A stretch of DNA of 64,000 nt from Alphaproteobacteria bacterium (GCA_965228895.1 OZ245842.1:2304001-2368000); one strand, 5' to 3'. Counted from the stretch's first letter, positions 11,101 to 20,524 are shown. Notes: generated by a model from the letters alone, not told the origin. A program made the numbers and translations.

Positions 11101-11656
11101 GGTCGATCCTGACGGGCTGCGCCTCGCCGGTCGGGAAGATGTCGACGATATCGCCGCGTAGCGCGTAATCGCCGGGTTCCATGACGGTGCCGGTCCGCGT
11201 ATAGCCGCCGCGCGCCAGAAGCGCCTGAAGTGCTTCGCGGTCGAGTTCCTCACCCACGGTTATGGCCAGTTTCGCGCCTCTCAGGACGTCGCGCGGCGGT
11301 ACGCGCTGCAACAAGCCGCCGGCTGTCGTGATGACGATCTGCGCCCGCGCCTCGCCGTCGGCCAGGGCCGCCAGCGCGGCGACCCGCTCGCCGGAAACGG
11401 TCGGATTGGGCGATACGCGGTCATAGGGCAGACAATCCCAGGCCGGAAAGGCGAGGATTTCCGCTTCCGGGACAAAAAACGCCAGTGTATCGGCCAGGCT
11501 TGCGGCTCGCTCCGCATCGCGGGCGACCACCACGATGTCACGGCCCGGCGCCTGGCGGCCGATGTCGCCCAGCAAGAGTGCGTCGAGCCCTTCCGGCGCG
11601 CCACAGATCACCGTGTTCTGTGTTTTGTTCAGGCGATTTACTATGTTTTCGATCAT
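8129..11656 (-). CDS. mfd: Transcription-repair coupling factor
   Basis: 1175 aa; VVHVDHGIGRF, GDVGFGKTEVA, DEEQHFG, QLRGRIGR, DLDIRGAGNLLG. Confidence 0.98.
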   Translation of the reverse strand: MIENIVNRLNKTQNTVICGAPEGLDALLLGDIGRQAPGRDIVVVARDAERAASLADTLAFFVPEAEILAFPAWDCLPYDRVSPNPTVSGERVAALAALADGEARAQIVITTAGGLLQRVPPRDVLRGAKLAITVGEELDREALQALLARGGYTRTGTVMEPGDYALRGDIVDIFPTGEAQPVRIDLFGDEVEALRRFDPMNQRSTGRLKTLSLRPASEVLLDETTIACFRRGYHELFGIAAGNDPLFEAVMAGARYAGMEHWLPLYYDRLETLADYLDNPIVVLDHRIVEARDARLEVIRDHFSHRIGEADAKPSGDEAPPYKPVPPERLYLNELAWDNALADAEVVAMSPFSEAPSGDAVIIDAMGRRAHDFSAERQRTDVNLFDEVANHVQNEQADGRRVVIAGATIASRNRLAKLLHDHGIPAIENIANWQGADGLAGDVVVAAVLGLEHGFEAPGLLVLTEQDIVGDRIGRPARKRTRSDAERFLTEASQIGEGDYVVHVDHGIGRFDGLQTLTRGEAPHDCLRIVYDGDDKLFVPVENIDVLSRYGSHDTVVQLDRLGSASWQSRRARLKERIQAIAGDLLKIAAERKLQPGPSMSAPQGLYDEFCARFPFHETEDQERAIGDVAGDLAAGRAMDRLVCGDVGFGKTEVALRAAFLAVMAGYQVAVVVPTTLLARQHHATFAERFRGLPVKIAQLSRFVGTKDVKVAKQGLFDGTIDIAIGTHALLAKDVTIKNLGLLIVDEEQHFGVKHKERLKQMKANVHVLTLTATPIPRTLQMSLTGVKDLSLIATAPVDRLAVRTFVTPFDSVTVREAIRREQLRGGQTFFVCPRISDLDKVRKQLEDLVPEARFAIAHGRMASGDLEQIMGAFYDAEIDVLISTTIIESGLDIPNVNTMIIYRSDMFGLAQLYQLRGRIGRAKARAYAYLTLPPGKKLNRTAERRLEVMQRLDSLGAGFSLASHDLDIRGAGNLLGTEQSGHIKEVGIELYQQMLEEAVHAAKAAQEGRAGTAPDTWSPEINIGTAVLIPDDYVRDLDVRLGLYRRIAALENQEEIDDLAEELADRFGELPKEVQNLLDIVAIKGLCRAAGIAKVDSGPRGASIAFHGEQFANPAGLVDFIAEQAGMVKLRPDHRLVATRVWEDVDQRLTGTRTLIERLAAIARAGEPAVSAAQ

Positions 11657-11657
11657 G

Positions 11658-11933
11658 TTAGGTCGACAACTTGAACTTCATGAAGAGGTTGAGGACATCG
11701 TTGATCTGGTGTTCCGGCGTCGGTCGGCGCCCGCAGTACCACGCGTAGACGTCGGGATCCGGTTGATTCAGCAGCAGCTCGAACCGGTGGAGCTGGTCGT
11801 CATCGAAGTCCCTGATGTGGGTATCGGCGAAGCTGCCAAGCAACAGATCCATCTCCAGGATCCCGCGATGCCAGGCACGGTAGCGCAGCCGCTTGCGGCG
11901 CGCGTCCAGATCTGATGTCTCGGCATCGGCCAT
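11658..11933 (-). CDS. sdhE: Succinate dehydrogenase assembly factor 2
   Basis: KRLRYRAWHRGILEMDLLLG (RGxxE); position between recG and mfd; start taken at MADAE. Confidence 0.92.
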   Translation of the reverse strand: MADAETSDLDARRKRLRYRAWHRGILEMDLLLGSFADTHIRDFDDDQLHRFELLLNQPDPDVYAWYCGRRPTPEHQINDVLNLFMKFKLST

Positions 11934-12015
11934 GGGTCCGGTCCTTTCGATGGCAGACCATCTATCGCGTCGTTCGCCGGATGTCACCCGGCGTGGGCTG
12001 TCATAGACTGACGAC

Positions 12016-14097
12016 ATGCGCCCGGAGATTCTGTTCCCCATCTTCATGCCGGTCACCGGCCTGCCCGGCATCGGCCCGCGCCTCGCCAAATTGGTCGAGC
12101 GGGTGGCAGGCGAGCGCGTGGTCGATTTGTTGTGGCTCCTGCCGAGCGGCATGGTCGATCGGCGCCATGCGCCGGATATCCGTGACGCCGAGCCCGGCCA
12201 GATCGTCACATTGCGGGTCACGGTCGGTGAGCACCAGCCGCGGCGTAATCGGCGCCAGCCCTATCGCGTTGTCTGCACCGACGATACGGGCTCCCTGATG
12301 CTGGTCTTCTTTCACGCCAAGGAAGACTACCTGAAGCGCACCTTGCCGACCGGTGAGGTGCGGATTGTCAGCGGCAAGCTTGAGCGATACGGCGAACGGC
12401 TGCAGATGGTGCATCCCGATCACATCGGCACCGAGGAGGAGTTTGCCGAGTTGGCGCGGGTCGAACCGGTCTATCCGCTCACCGAAGGCTTGACGCCAAA
12501 GACGCTGGCCAAGGCCATGCGCGCGGCTCTCGACATGGCACCCGAGCTTCCGGAATGGCAGGACGCGGCCTATGCCGCCAAACAGGCGTGGCCCGGCTGG
12601 CAGGAGTCGTTGCTAGCGGTGCATCACCCGCGCGATCGTCATGACCTCAGCCCCCACGCCCTTTGCCGACGCAGGCTGGCCTTCGACGAACTGCTCGCCA
12701 ATCAACTGGCGCTCGCTCTGGTTCGCGCCTCACAAAAGAAGGCGCGTGGCCGGCCGCTGCATGGCGACGGCCACTTGCGCACGAAAGCCGTCGAGAAGCT
12801 GCCGTTTACGCTGACAGGGTCGCAGCAGACGGCGCTGGACGAAATCGCAGCCGACATGGGCAGCGAGGAACGCATGTTGCGCCTGCTGCAGGGCGATGTC
12901 GGCAGCGGCAAAACCGTGGTCGCCTTGATGGCGATGCTGATTGCCATCGAGGCCGGCTGTCAGGCGGTCCTGCTCGCCCCGACCGAAATCCTGGCGCGCC
13001 AGCACGCCGCGACGATCGGCACGCTGATCGCGCCGCTTGGGTTGAAGACGGTGCTTCTGACGGGCCGCGACAAGGGTAAGAAACGCAGCGAGAAGCTTCT
13101 GGCCTTGGCCGATGGATCAGCCTCCATCGCTATCGGCACCCACGCCTTGTTCCAGGATGATGTCGCGTACCGTGATCTCGGTGTTGCCGTGATCGACGAG
13201 CAGCACCGTTTCGGCGTCCACCAGCGGTTGATGCTAACCGGCAAGGGCCGTGGCGTTCATGTCCTCGTCATGACCGCGACACCGATCCCGCGCACGCTGC
13301 AAATGACCGCCTTCGGCGATCTCGATGTGTCGCGGCTGACGGAAAAGCCTGCCGGGCGTCAGCCGATCGCGACCCGTGCGATGCCACTGGAGCGCCTCGA
13401 CGACATCATCAACCGGGTGCGCCGTGTCATCGATGATGGCGCCCAGGTCTACTGGATCTGTCCGCTGGTCGAAGAGTCCGAAACAGGCGATCTGGCCGCC
13501 GCGGAAGAACGCTACGCCTCCCTGGAACGGTTGTTCGGCGACAAGGTCGGGCTGGTCCACGGCCGCATGAAGGGACCGGAGAAAGATGCGGTCATGGAGC
13601 GGTTCGTCGACGGCACGATCAAGGTGCTGGTGGCAACGACCGTGATCGAAGTCGGCGTCGACGTGCCCAACGCAACGATCATGGTGATCGAACACGCCGA
13701 ACGGTTCGGCCTGGCGCAGCTCCACCAACTGCGCGGCCGGGTCGGGCGCGGCAGCAAGGCGTCGGCCTGTCTGTTGCTCTATGCCGCGCCGCTCGGCGAG
13801 ACGGCCAAGGCGCGAATCAACATCCTGCGCGATACCGAAGACGGTTTCGTCATCGCCGAAGAGGACCTGCGTTTGCGCGGCGCGGGCGAATTGCTCGGGA
13901 CGCGCCAAAGCGGCTTTCCTGAGTTCCGCCTTGCCGACCTCACCGAACAAGCGGAACTGCTGGCGGCAGCCCGCGACGACGCGCGGCTAATCCTCGACCG
14001 CGACCCCGAGCTCGCCAGCGATCGCGGCAAGGCGCTGCGCACCCTGCTCTACCTCTTCGAACGCGACTCAGCCGTGCGGCTGCTCCGTTCAGGCTAG
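12016..14097 (+). CDS. recG: ATP-dependent DNA helicase RecG
   Basis: LQGDVGSGKT, DEQHRFGV, TATPIPRT, HQLRGRVGRG, DLRLRGAGE. Confidence 0.98.
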   Translation: MRPEILFPIFMPVTGLPGIGPRLAKLVERVAGERVVDLLWLLPSGMVDRRHAPDIRDAEPGQIVTLRVTVGEHQPRRNRRQPYRVVCTDDTGSLMLVFFHAKEDYLKRTLPTGEVRIVSGKLERYGERLQMVHPDHIGTEEEFAELARVEPVYPLTEGLTPKTLAKAMRAALDMAPELPEWQDAAYAAKQAWPGWQESLLAVHHPRDRHDLSPHALCRRRLAFDELLANQLALALVRASQKKARGRPLHGDGHLRTKAVEKLPFTLTGSQQTALDEIAADMGSEERMLRLLQGDVGSGKTVVALMAMLIAIEAGCQAVLLAPTEILARQHAATIGTLIAPLGLKTVLLTGRDKGKKRSEKLLALADGSASIAIGTHALFQDDVAYRDLGVAVIDEQHRFGVHQRLMLTGKGRGVHVLVMTATPIPRTLQMTAFGDLDVSRLTEKPAGRQPIATRAMPLERLDDIINRVRRVIDDGAQVYWICPLVEESETGDLAAAEERYASLERLFGDKVGLVHGRMKGPEKDAVMERFVDGTIKVLVATTVIEVGVDVPNATIMVIEHAERFGLAQLHQLRGRVGRGSKASACLLLYAAPLGETAKARINILRDTEDGFVIAEEDLRLRGAGELLGTRQSGFPEFRLADLTEQAELLAAARDDARLILDRDPELASDRGKALRTLLYLFERDSAVRLLRSG

Positions 14098-14109
14098 AGC
14101 GGTTCTGCT

Positions 14110-15708
14110 CTAAGCCTGGCTGTCGTCGATCCAGATCTCCTGATAGGGCCAACCGGCGCCCATCTGGTTGGCTGGGCTGCCGTGGAAATTCTGAATGCGC
14201 TTGGTGATGCCGTTAATGTCGTTGGTGAAGAACGGGATGAACGAACCACCATCGTCGTGCAGCAGCGTGCAGGCCTCGCAGTAGATTTCCAGGCGCCTTT
14301 CCGGATCGGTCTCGATGCGGCCCATGGCGAGCAGTTCGTCGAACCGCTCGTTGCACCATGCGGTCTCGTTCCATGACCCCCCGCATTGGTGCGCGATGGT
14401 CAGGATCAGATCGGCAGTGGGCCGCGAGTTCCAACCGGTGACGCAGAGCGGCACCTGCATCCAGGTGTGGCTCCAGTAACCGTCATCGGGTACGCGGTTG
14501 ACGTCGATTGTGATGCCCGCCTCCTTCGCTTGCTCCTGCAGGACGAGACTGCAGTCGACGGCATTCGAGTTCGCGGCGTTTGAAACGTTGAGCTCGATTG
14601 ACGACAAGCCGGTCTTGTCCCAATAGAACTTCGCTTTCTCAGGATCGAAATCGTGCTGCGGGATGTCCCGGCAATAGGTGGGCAGGCCGGGGTTGACTGG
14701 GAAATCGTTGGCGACCTGGCCGTGACCCAGCAGAACGTTGTCAACGAGGTATTGGCGATCGACCGCGTGTTTGAGTGCCAGACGCACATTGACGTCGTCG
14801 GTCGGCGCCCGGTCCGCCATCATGATCCAGGCAAACCACGCGCCCGATGCCGACGAGATGATCTCGACGCCGGGGTCCTGCTCCATCAGGTTGGCGACCT
14901 TGGGTTCGATGTTGCGGATGATGTCGACATCGCCGGTTCTGAGCGCATTGCTGCGCGCGACATTATCGGGAATGCCCATGGTGATGAAGCTGTCGACGTG
15001 GCCCGCATCCGAGTTCCAGTAGTTGGCAAACCTCTCGGTCACCGATTCCTGGCCCGGCGTGAAGTCCGTGAGCCGATAAACGCCCGTGCCGTTGACCGGG
15101 TCGCCGTCGACCCAGCCATCGGCGACGATGGACGTGTGATAGTCGTAACCCAGCATCACCGGGAAGTCCGCGTCGCCGGCGACAAGCGTGAATTTCACGA
15201 CATGATCGCCGTCCGCCTTCATGTCGACGATCGGTTCAAGCAGCGGTTTGGCCGGTGATTCCGAACCTTCCTTGATGTGCTCGGTGACGGAATAGATCAC
15301 GTCGGCCGACGTGAACGGCTTGCCGTCGTGGAACTCCACGCCTTCGCGCAGCTTGAAGGTCCACTCGGTCGCGTCGCCGTTGGTCTCCCACTCCTCGGCA
15401 AGGCTGGGCACCAGCTGCATGTCGCGGTCCAGGTCGGTCAGACGGTTGTAGACCTGGTAGGAGCGCTGAATGTCGGTCGAGTTGGTCATCTTGGTCGGGT
15501 CGAAGGTTTCTTCCGATCCCGCGTATTCGGTCGCGACCGTCACGGTGCCGCCGGCCTTCGGTTCAGCCGCGACGCCATGGCGCGACAACAACGTTGTGGC
15601 GGCTGCAGCCGTCACGCCCAAGGCGCCGGCCCGGCCGATAAATTCGCGCCGGCCCATGCGACCGGCCTTCACCTCGTCCGCCATCCACGTGAGTTTTTTG
15701 TCGTTCAT
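14110..15708 (-). CDS. ABC transporter substrate-binding protein, family 5 (Tat signal)
   Basis: GRREFI twin-arginine signal; PSLAEEWE...WTFKLREGVEFHDG signature; no permeases adjacent. Confidence 0.93.
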   Translation of the reverse strand: MNDKKLTWMADEVKAGRMGRREFIGRAGALGVTAAAATTLLSRHGVAAEPKAGGTVTVATEYAGSEETFDPTKMTNSTDIQRSYQVYNRLTDLDRDMQLVPSLAEEWETNGDATEWTFKLREGVEFHDGKPFTSADVIYSVTEHIKEGSESPAKPLLEPIVDMKADGDHVVKFTLVAGDADFPVMLGYDYHTSIVADGWVDGDPVNGTGVYRLTDFTPGQESVTERFANYWNSDAGHVDSFITMGIPDNVARSNALRTGDVDIIRNIEPKVANLMEQDPGVEIISSASGAWFAWIMMADRAPTDDVNVRLALKHAVDRQYLVDNVLLGHGQVANDFPVNPGLPTYCRDIPQHDFDPEKAKFYWDKTGLSSIELNVSNAANSNAVDCSLVLQEQAKEAGITIDVNRVPDDGYWSHTWMQVPLCVTGWNSRPTADLILTIAHQCGGSWNETAWCNERFDELLAMGRIETDPERRLEIYCEACTLLHDDGGSFIPFFTNDINGITKRIQNFHGSPANQMGAGWPYQEIWIDDSQA

Positions 15709-15875
15709 GACCTGCCTTCCCTTGCTCGATGATGTGTCAAATCATCCGAGGACGCTGGTCGAAGAGACTACCTTGTCGCGACCTTCGCCGGCGCCTCGGC
15801 ACTCGTGCTTGGAAAGTTTACATGTTCGCGTGGATTTCCAAAGCAGGAATCGCGCGAACAGGCGAGCGGCAGGTT

Positions 15876-16595
15876 CTAGTCGGCGGCCTGGCTGTTGCCG
15901 CCTTTGACCTCAATCGGTTCATTGACGGCGCCCTTGGCGATATCGGGCGTGACCACGCCGCCGGAGATGACAAGCTTGATCCCCTGCTCGACCGTCATGC
16001 TCAGAAAGATGACATCCTTTTTCGGCAGGAACAGCAGGTAGCCGGATGTCGGGTTGGGTGTGGTCGGCAAGAAGACGTTCACGACTTCGTCCTGAATGGC
16101 ATCCTGGACCTCGCCCTTGGTGGTGCCGGTTGCGAAACCGATCGCCCAGCAACCCTGGCGCGGATAGGGGATTAAGACGACATCGCGAAAGGCGCGTGAG
16201 TTCTGGGTAAAGACGGTTTCGAAGATCTGCTTCAGGGCGGAGTAGATACTGCGCACGACCGGCATGCGGTCGAGCAGGTTTTCGCCGACCCGTACTACGG
16301 TGCGGCCGACCAGCCCGGTCGTCAGCCAACCGATGAAGGTCAGCACGATCACCATGATGACGACGCCGATGCCCGGTACGGCGAACGGCAGATAGGTCTC
16401 GGGGTTATAGCGCAGCGGGATCAACGGGACGATTTTCTCGTCGATCAGGCTGATGACCAACGACACCAGATAGATCGTCAGGGTGATCGGCGCGACGACA
16501 ATGATGCCGGTGATGAAGTAATTGCGGCATCTCAGCCAGAAACTCCGCTTATGCGGATGTTGGCTCTCGTCGTGTGTACCTTTTGTCTCGCTCAT
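15876..16595 (-). CDS. DUF502 membrane protein
   Basis: RNYFITG, VFLPTTPNPTSGYL, KLVISGG. Confidence 0.9.
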   Translation of the reverse strand: MSETKGTHDESQHPHKRSFWLRCRNYFITGIIVVAPITLTIYLVSLVISLIDEKIVPLIPLRYNPETYLPFAVPGIGVVIMVIVLTFIGWLTTGLVGRTVVRVGENLLDRMPVVRSIYSALKQIFETVFTQNSRAFRDVVLIPYPRQGCWAIGFATGTTKGEVQDAIQDEVVNVFLPTTPNPTSGYLLFLPKKDVIFLSMTVEQGIKLVISGGVVTPDIAKGAVNEPIEVKGGNSQAAD

Positions 16596-16743
16596 GGGTC
16601 CCCACGGGCCGATTCGGGCGCACTATGGGGATCAAGAACGCCTGACGCAAGCAAGCGCACACCACGATGTGATGCCGTATTGAGTCATCCGACACCATGT
16701 CCGGGTGAGTACACTATGTGACCGCACTGTATCAGGACGCCCG

Positions 16744-17802
16744 ATGCCGACCGATTACTCGCCTGTTCCAGCGCTCGCCGCGCTAGCGACCACCGTGCCC
16801 CGGCACGTGCTGTGCCAAGAGGATGTGAAGGCGGCCGGCCGGTATCTATTCCAAGCAGACTTCCGTGATCTCGACCGGCTGCTTTCCGTCTACCAGCATG
16901 CCGGCATCGACCGACGCTACTCGTGTGTGCCGCTGGATTGGTATTTGAGCGAACACAGCTTCGGCGAACGTAACGCACTCTACCTAGACCACGCCGTCAC
17001 CTTGCTCAGGGATGCGGCCACCAAAAGCCTGGGCACGGCCGGGTTGGCGCCTGCCGACATCGACATGATCGTAGCCGTGTCGACATCCGGCATTGCCACG
17101 CCAAGCATTGACGCGCTGCTGATGGAAACGATGCCGTTTCGCCGCGACGTCATGCGCCTGCCAATCTTTGGCTTGGGGTGCGCCGGCGGCGTGGTCGGCT
17201 TGGCGCGTGCTGCGGCGATGGCACGTGCCCACCCTGGTGCCCGCGTGCTCTATTTGTGTGTCGAGCTGTGCGGTCTGACCTTTCGTCACTTCGACCGTTC
17301 GAAGAGCAACTTCATTGCCACCGCGTTGTTCGGTGATGGTGCCGCCGCCGCTGTCGTGTCGACCGACATCGACGGCCTGGCAATGACCGGCTGGGGGGAG
17401 CACACATGGCCGCAGTCCCTCGACATCATGGGATGGAACGTCGTCGACGACGGCTTTGGCGTGCTGTTTTCGCGCGACATTCCGTCGATGGTGCGCCAGG
17501 AGTTCCGCACGGTGGCCGAGACTTATCTGGAGCGCCACGCCATTGGTATCGACGATATCGACGCGTTCCTATGTCATCCCGGCGGCGCCAAGGTCGTCAC
17601 GGCACTGGAAGAAGCCCTCGACCTCGACCCCAATGCACTCGCCTTGTCGCGCGAGATTCTGCGTGACTACGGGAACATGTCGGCGGCGACCGTTTTGTTT
17701 GTCCTGGCGCGCGCCTTGGAACAAGAGGCACGCGGCCGCTGGTTGTTGTCATCGTTGGGCCCGGGCTTTACCGCCGGCTTTCTGACTCTCGAAGCCGCCT
17801 GA
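16744..17802 (+). CDS. Type III polyketide synthase
   Basis: GLGCAGG, ALFGDGAAA, HPGG, YGNMSAATV, LGPGF; Cys-His-Asn triad present. Confidence 0.95.
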   Translation: MPTDYSPVPALAALATTVPRHVLCQEDVKAAGRYLFQADFRDLDRLLSVYQHAGIDRRYSCVPLDWYLSEHSFGERNALYLDHAVTLLRDAATKSLGTAGLAPADIDMIVAVSTSGIATPSIDALLMETMPFRRDVMRLPIFGLGCAGGVVGLARAAAMARAHPGARVLYLCVELCGLTFRHFDRSKSNFIATALFGDGAAAAVVSTDIDGLAMTGWGEHTWPQSLDIMGWNVVDDGFGVLFSRDIPSMVRQEFRTVAETYLERHAIGIDDIDAFLCHPGGAKVVTALEEALDLDPNALALSREILRDYGNMSAATVLFVLARALEQEARGRWLLSSLGPGFTAGFLTLEAA

Positions 17803-18290
17803 TGTGGCTTTATGCCATCGTCGCGTTCGTGGTGCTGCAGCGGCTCGCCGAACTGGCTGTCTCCGCAAGGAACACAAAACGGCTACTGGCGGCAGGTGCC
17901 CATGAAGCCGGTCGCAGCCATTATCCGCTTATCGTCGCACTGCACGTCTTGTGGTTGGCCGCTTTGTTGGTGCTCGTTGATCCCCAAACGGAACCAGACT
18001 TCTGGCTTCTTGGCGTCTTTGTCCTGCTGCAGGCCACGCGCGTTTGGGTGCTTGCCAGCTTAGGCCCGCGCTGGTCGACGCGCATCATCGTGCTGCCCGA
18101 AGCGCCACTGGTGGTACGCGGTCCCTACCGCTTCATGCGCCATCCCAACTATGCGGTGGTTGCCGCCGAGATTGCGGTTCTGCCGCTCGTGTTTGGCGCC
18201 TGGCAGATCGCCTTCGTGTTTACGATCTTGAACGCTGCGATGTTGTGGTGGCGCATTCGCGTCGAGGACCAGGCGCTCGGTCGCCGTTGA
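17802..18290 (+). CDS. Isoprenylcysteine carboxyl methyltransferase family (SrsB/BpsB-like)
   Basis: QRLAEL, GPYRFMRHPNY, RIRVEDQAL; TGATG coupling to the PKS. Confidence 0.92.
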   Translation: MWLYAIVAFVVLQRLAELAVSARNTKRLLAAGAHEAGRSHYPLIVALHVLWLAALLVLVDPQTEPDFWLLGVFVLLQATRVWVLASLGPRWSTRIIVLPEAPLVVRGPYRFMRHPNYAVVAAEIAVLPLVFGAWQIAFVFTILNAAMLWWRIRVEDQALGRR

Positions 18291-18341
18291 GAGAATCAAG
18301 GGCGCGCGCTACCGTAGCCAATCACATTGAGGGATATCACC

Positions 18342-18995
18342 GTGGCAGATCCTGGCTCCCGGCCCATCGTGTTTGGCGCAACCTACAGCGTCTATACCCG
18401 CATCGCCCGGATGGCGCTTGCCGAGAAGGGCGTCGATTACCGCCTCGAGGAAGTCGATATCTTCGCCGACGATGGGCCGCCGGCTGGTTATCTGGAGCGT
18501 CACCCTTTCGGGCGAATTCCAGCCTTTCAACACGGCGATGTCCGGCTGTTCGAGACTGCCGCCATCTGCCGCTATGTCGACGACGTCTTCGACGGTCCTA
18601 ACCTAACGCCCGATGACGCGAGGGCCCGTGCTCTGATGGCGCAGACCATTGGGGTTCTGGACAGCTATGCGTACCGCGCGATGGTCTGGGACGTTTATGT
18701 CGAAGTGATCGCGAAACCCAAGGACGGCGAAGCCCCGGATTCAGAACGCGTCGAGGCGGGTCTCAAAACCGCCGCGATCGTTCTTGACGTGCTCAATGCA
18801 CAACTGGGGCGTCACGCCTGGTTGGCCGGTGACCAGTTTAGCCTCGCCGACCTTCACGCTTGGCCGATCTTCGACGACTTCCTTTTGGCGCCACCCGGCC
18901 TCTTTCTCTCCAGCAAGTTCGACAACATCATGCCGTGGACAAAGGCCGTAGCCGCGCGTGACGCAGCCAAGGCAACGGCCTTTCCCGACGATTAA
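18342..18995 (+). CDS. Glutathione S-transferase family protein
   Basis: HPFGRIPAF, LFETAAICRY, SLADL; GTG start after GAGGG. Confidence 0.9.
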   Translation: MADPGSRPIVFGATYSVYTRIARMALAEKGVDYRLEEVDIFADDGPPAGYLERHPFGRIPAFQHGDVRLFETAAICRYVDDVFDGPNLTPDDARARALMAQTIGVLDSYAYRAMVWDVYVEVIAKPKDGEAPDSERVEAGLKTAAIVLDVLNAQLGRHAWLAGDQFSLADLHAWPIFDDFLLAPPGLFLSSKFDNIMPWTKAVAARDAAKATAFPDD

Positions 18996-19007
18996 GGTGA
19001 ACTCGAG

Positions 19008-19367
19008 ATGACCGATGATAAAAGCCGGGAGGCCGCTCGTGATCCTCAGGATCTGGAACGCCTGCTGATTGCCCGGCAGTGGGCAGGCGACGTCGATGGC
19101 ATGGCGGCGCTTTACGAGTCCGATGCGGTCCTCGATAGCGGCGACGGACAACTAACGGTCGGCAGAGAAGCGATCAAAGCCTTGTTGGGGGGCGTTACCG
19201 CAACGGGAAAAAAGTTTGCGGCCGGCAAACAAAGTCCGGCTGTCGTCAGCGGCAACTTGGCGCTCACATCTACCCACCTTCCCGACGGCAGCGTTACGGC
19301 CGAAGTCGCCCGCCGCCAGAGTGACGGCACATGGCTCTGGGTGATCGACCGTTACGCCGTAACCTAA
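19008..19367 (+). CDS. YybH/SnoaL-like NTF2-family protein
   Basis: GDVDGMAALYESDA; EVARRQSDGTWLWVID. Confidence 0.82.
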   Translation: MTDDKSREAARDPQDLERLLIARQWAGDVDGMAALYESDAVLDSGDGQLTVGREAIKALLGGVTATGKKFAAGKQSPAVVSGNLALTSTHLPDGSVTAEVARRQSDGTWLWVIDRYAVT

Positions 19368-19379
19368 CAGCCGCTCGAA

Positions 19380-20024
19380 CTAATTCTCGTCAACCTTGGT
19401 ATAGACCTCGCGCTTGGGTGCATCGAAGACACGCGCCATGGCTGGCATGAAGGCATCCAGCGGCATGGTATCGTAGTCCGGGTCGAAAGACGTCTGGTCC
19501 CACTTGTCACAGAAGTCTTGCGTCGTCTGCGCAAACGGGTGGCCGCGATGTTGGTCGCGGACATTTCGGTCGCCGCCCAAGTGATGGAAGAAGTGATAAC
19601 CCTGAAAGACCTCGTGATGCTTGACCAGCCAATAGACCTCCGGGCGAACGAAGGCTTTCAGGACCGACGCGCCGAACTCGCCGTGATTGAACGGCGCGAA
19701 GTAGTCGCCCATGTCATGCAGCAAAGCGGCGACAATCATCTCGTCGTCGTCTGAAGCACCGTCGCGCCACGCCCGTGTTGCCGTCTGCAGGCTGTGCTCA
19801 TAACGGTTGACCAGCATGGCCGGGCTCGGCGCCTTCAGTTTTTCGAGGTGCTCCAGGCACAGGTCGATGACGGAGCCATGGCGTTCTTCCCGGCGAGACA
19901 TGATAAGCGCCCAGTCCTCAGGCGTGCTCTCGGCGAAGGACCGGAACTTCACCTGTTCCAACCTCTGATCGTCCGGGGTCGCCGTGTCGGCGCCGTCATG
20001 CATCATGCCTGTTGTCTCATCCAT
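19380..20024 (-). CDS. HD-domain metalloprotein (PhnZ-like predicted phosphohydrolase/oxygenase)
   Basis: EHSLQTA, ALLHDMGD, NHGEFGA, VKHH, WDQ. Confidence 0.85.
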   Translation of the reverse strand: MDETTGMMHDGADTATPDDQRLEQVKFRSFAESTPEDWALIMSRREERHGSVIDLCLEHLEKLKAPSPAMLVNRYEHSLQTATRAWRDGASDDDEMIVAALLHDMGDYFAPFNHGEFGASVLKAFVRPEVYWLVKHHEVFQGYHFFHHLGGDRNVRDQHRGHPFAQTTQDFCDKWDQTSFDPDYDTMPLDAFMPAMARVFDAPKREVYTKVDEN

Positions 20025-20072
20025 GCCACATCGAGCCCTTTGGTCCGGTTGTCATATCGATAGACAAGCCTA

Positions 20073-20510
20073 TCAGGTCACGACGTCGACGCACCAGAGA
20101 TAACCCTCGGGGTCATAGATGAAGGCTTCGCGCGTGCCGTGCGGCTTCGTGGTCGCGGGCTCCAATACCTTGAAACCCAGGCGGTCGGCCGCCGCGCAGG
20201 CCTCGTCGGGATCGCGGCCGTGGACCCTGATCTCGCATCCGATGCCACGATCGAGGTCGGCGGTCAGGCTGCGGTAGAGCGGATGGCCGTCATAGGTGTG
20301 ATCGGCATGCAGCATCCACGACGTGCTGTCATAAGCGAACGAGGCAAAGTCGACGCAGACATATTCGGCCTTCGCGCCGAGCACCTCGGTGTGGAAGGGA
20401 ACGCAGTGTTCGACCTCGCGGACCAGCAGGTTCAGCGTCACGCCCTTTAGCCGCTTGGCGTAGTCGCCGGTCGACATCCACCATTCGTCGGGATTGCTCT
20501 TAACGGTCAT
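20073..20510 (-). CDS. VOC/glyoxalase family protein
   Basis: NLLVREVE...FHTEVLG, KPHGTREAFIYDPEGYLW; start MTVKS after GGAAAGGGA. Confidence 0.85.
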   Translation of the reverse strand: MTVKSNPDEWWMSTGDYAKRLKGVTLNLLVREVEHCVPFHTEVLGAKAEYVCVDFASFAYDSTSWMLHADHTYDGHPLYRSLTADLDRGIGCEIRVHGRDPDEACAAADRLGFKVLEPATTKPHGTREAFIYDPEGYLWCVDVVT

Positions 20511-20524
20511 GGAGTGTCCCTTTC

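Noticed and set aside
11934-12221. Long N-terminus of the 187-aa sdhE ORF
   Set aside because: Overlaps recG on the other strand; SdhE similarity starts at MADAE.
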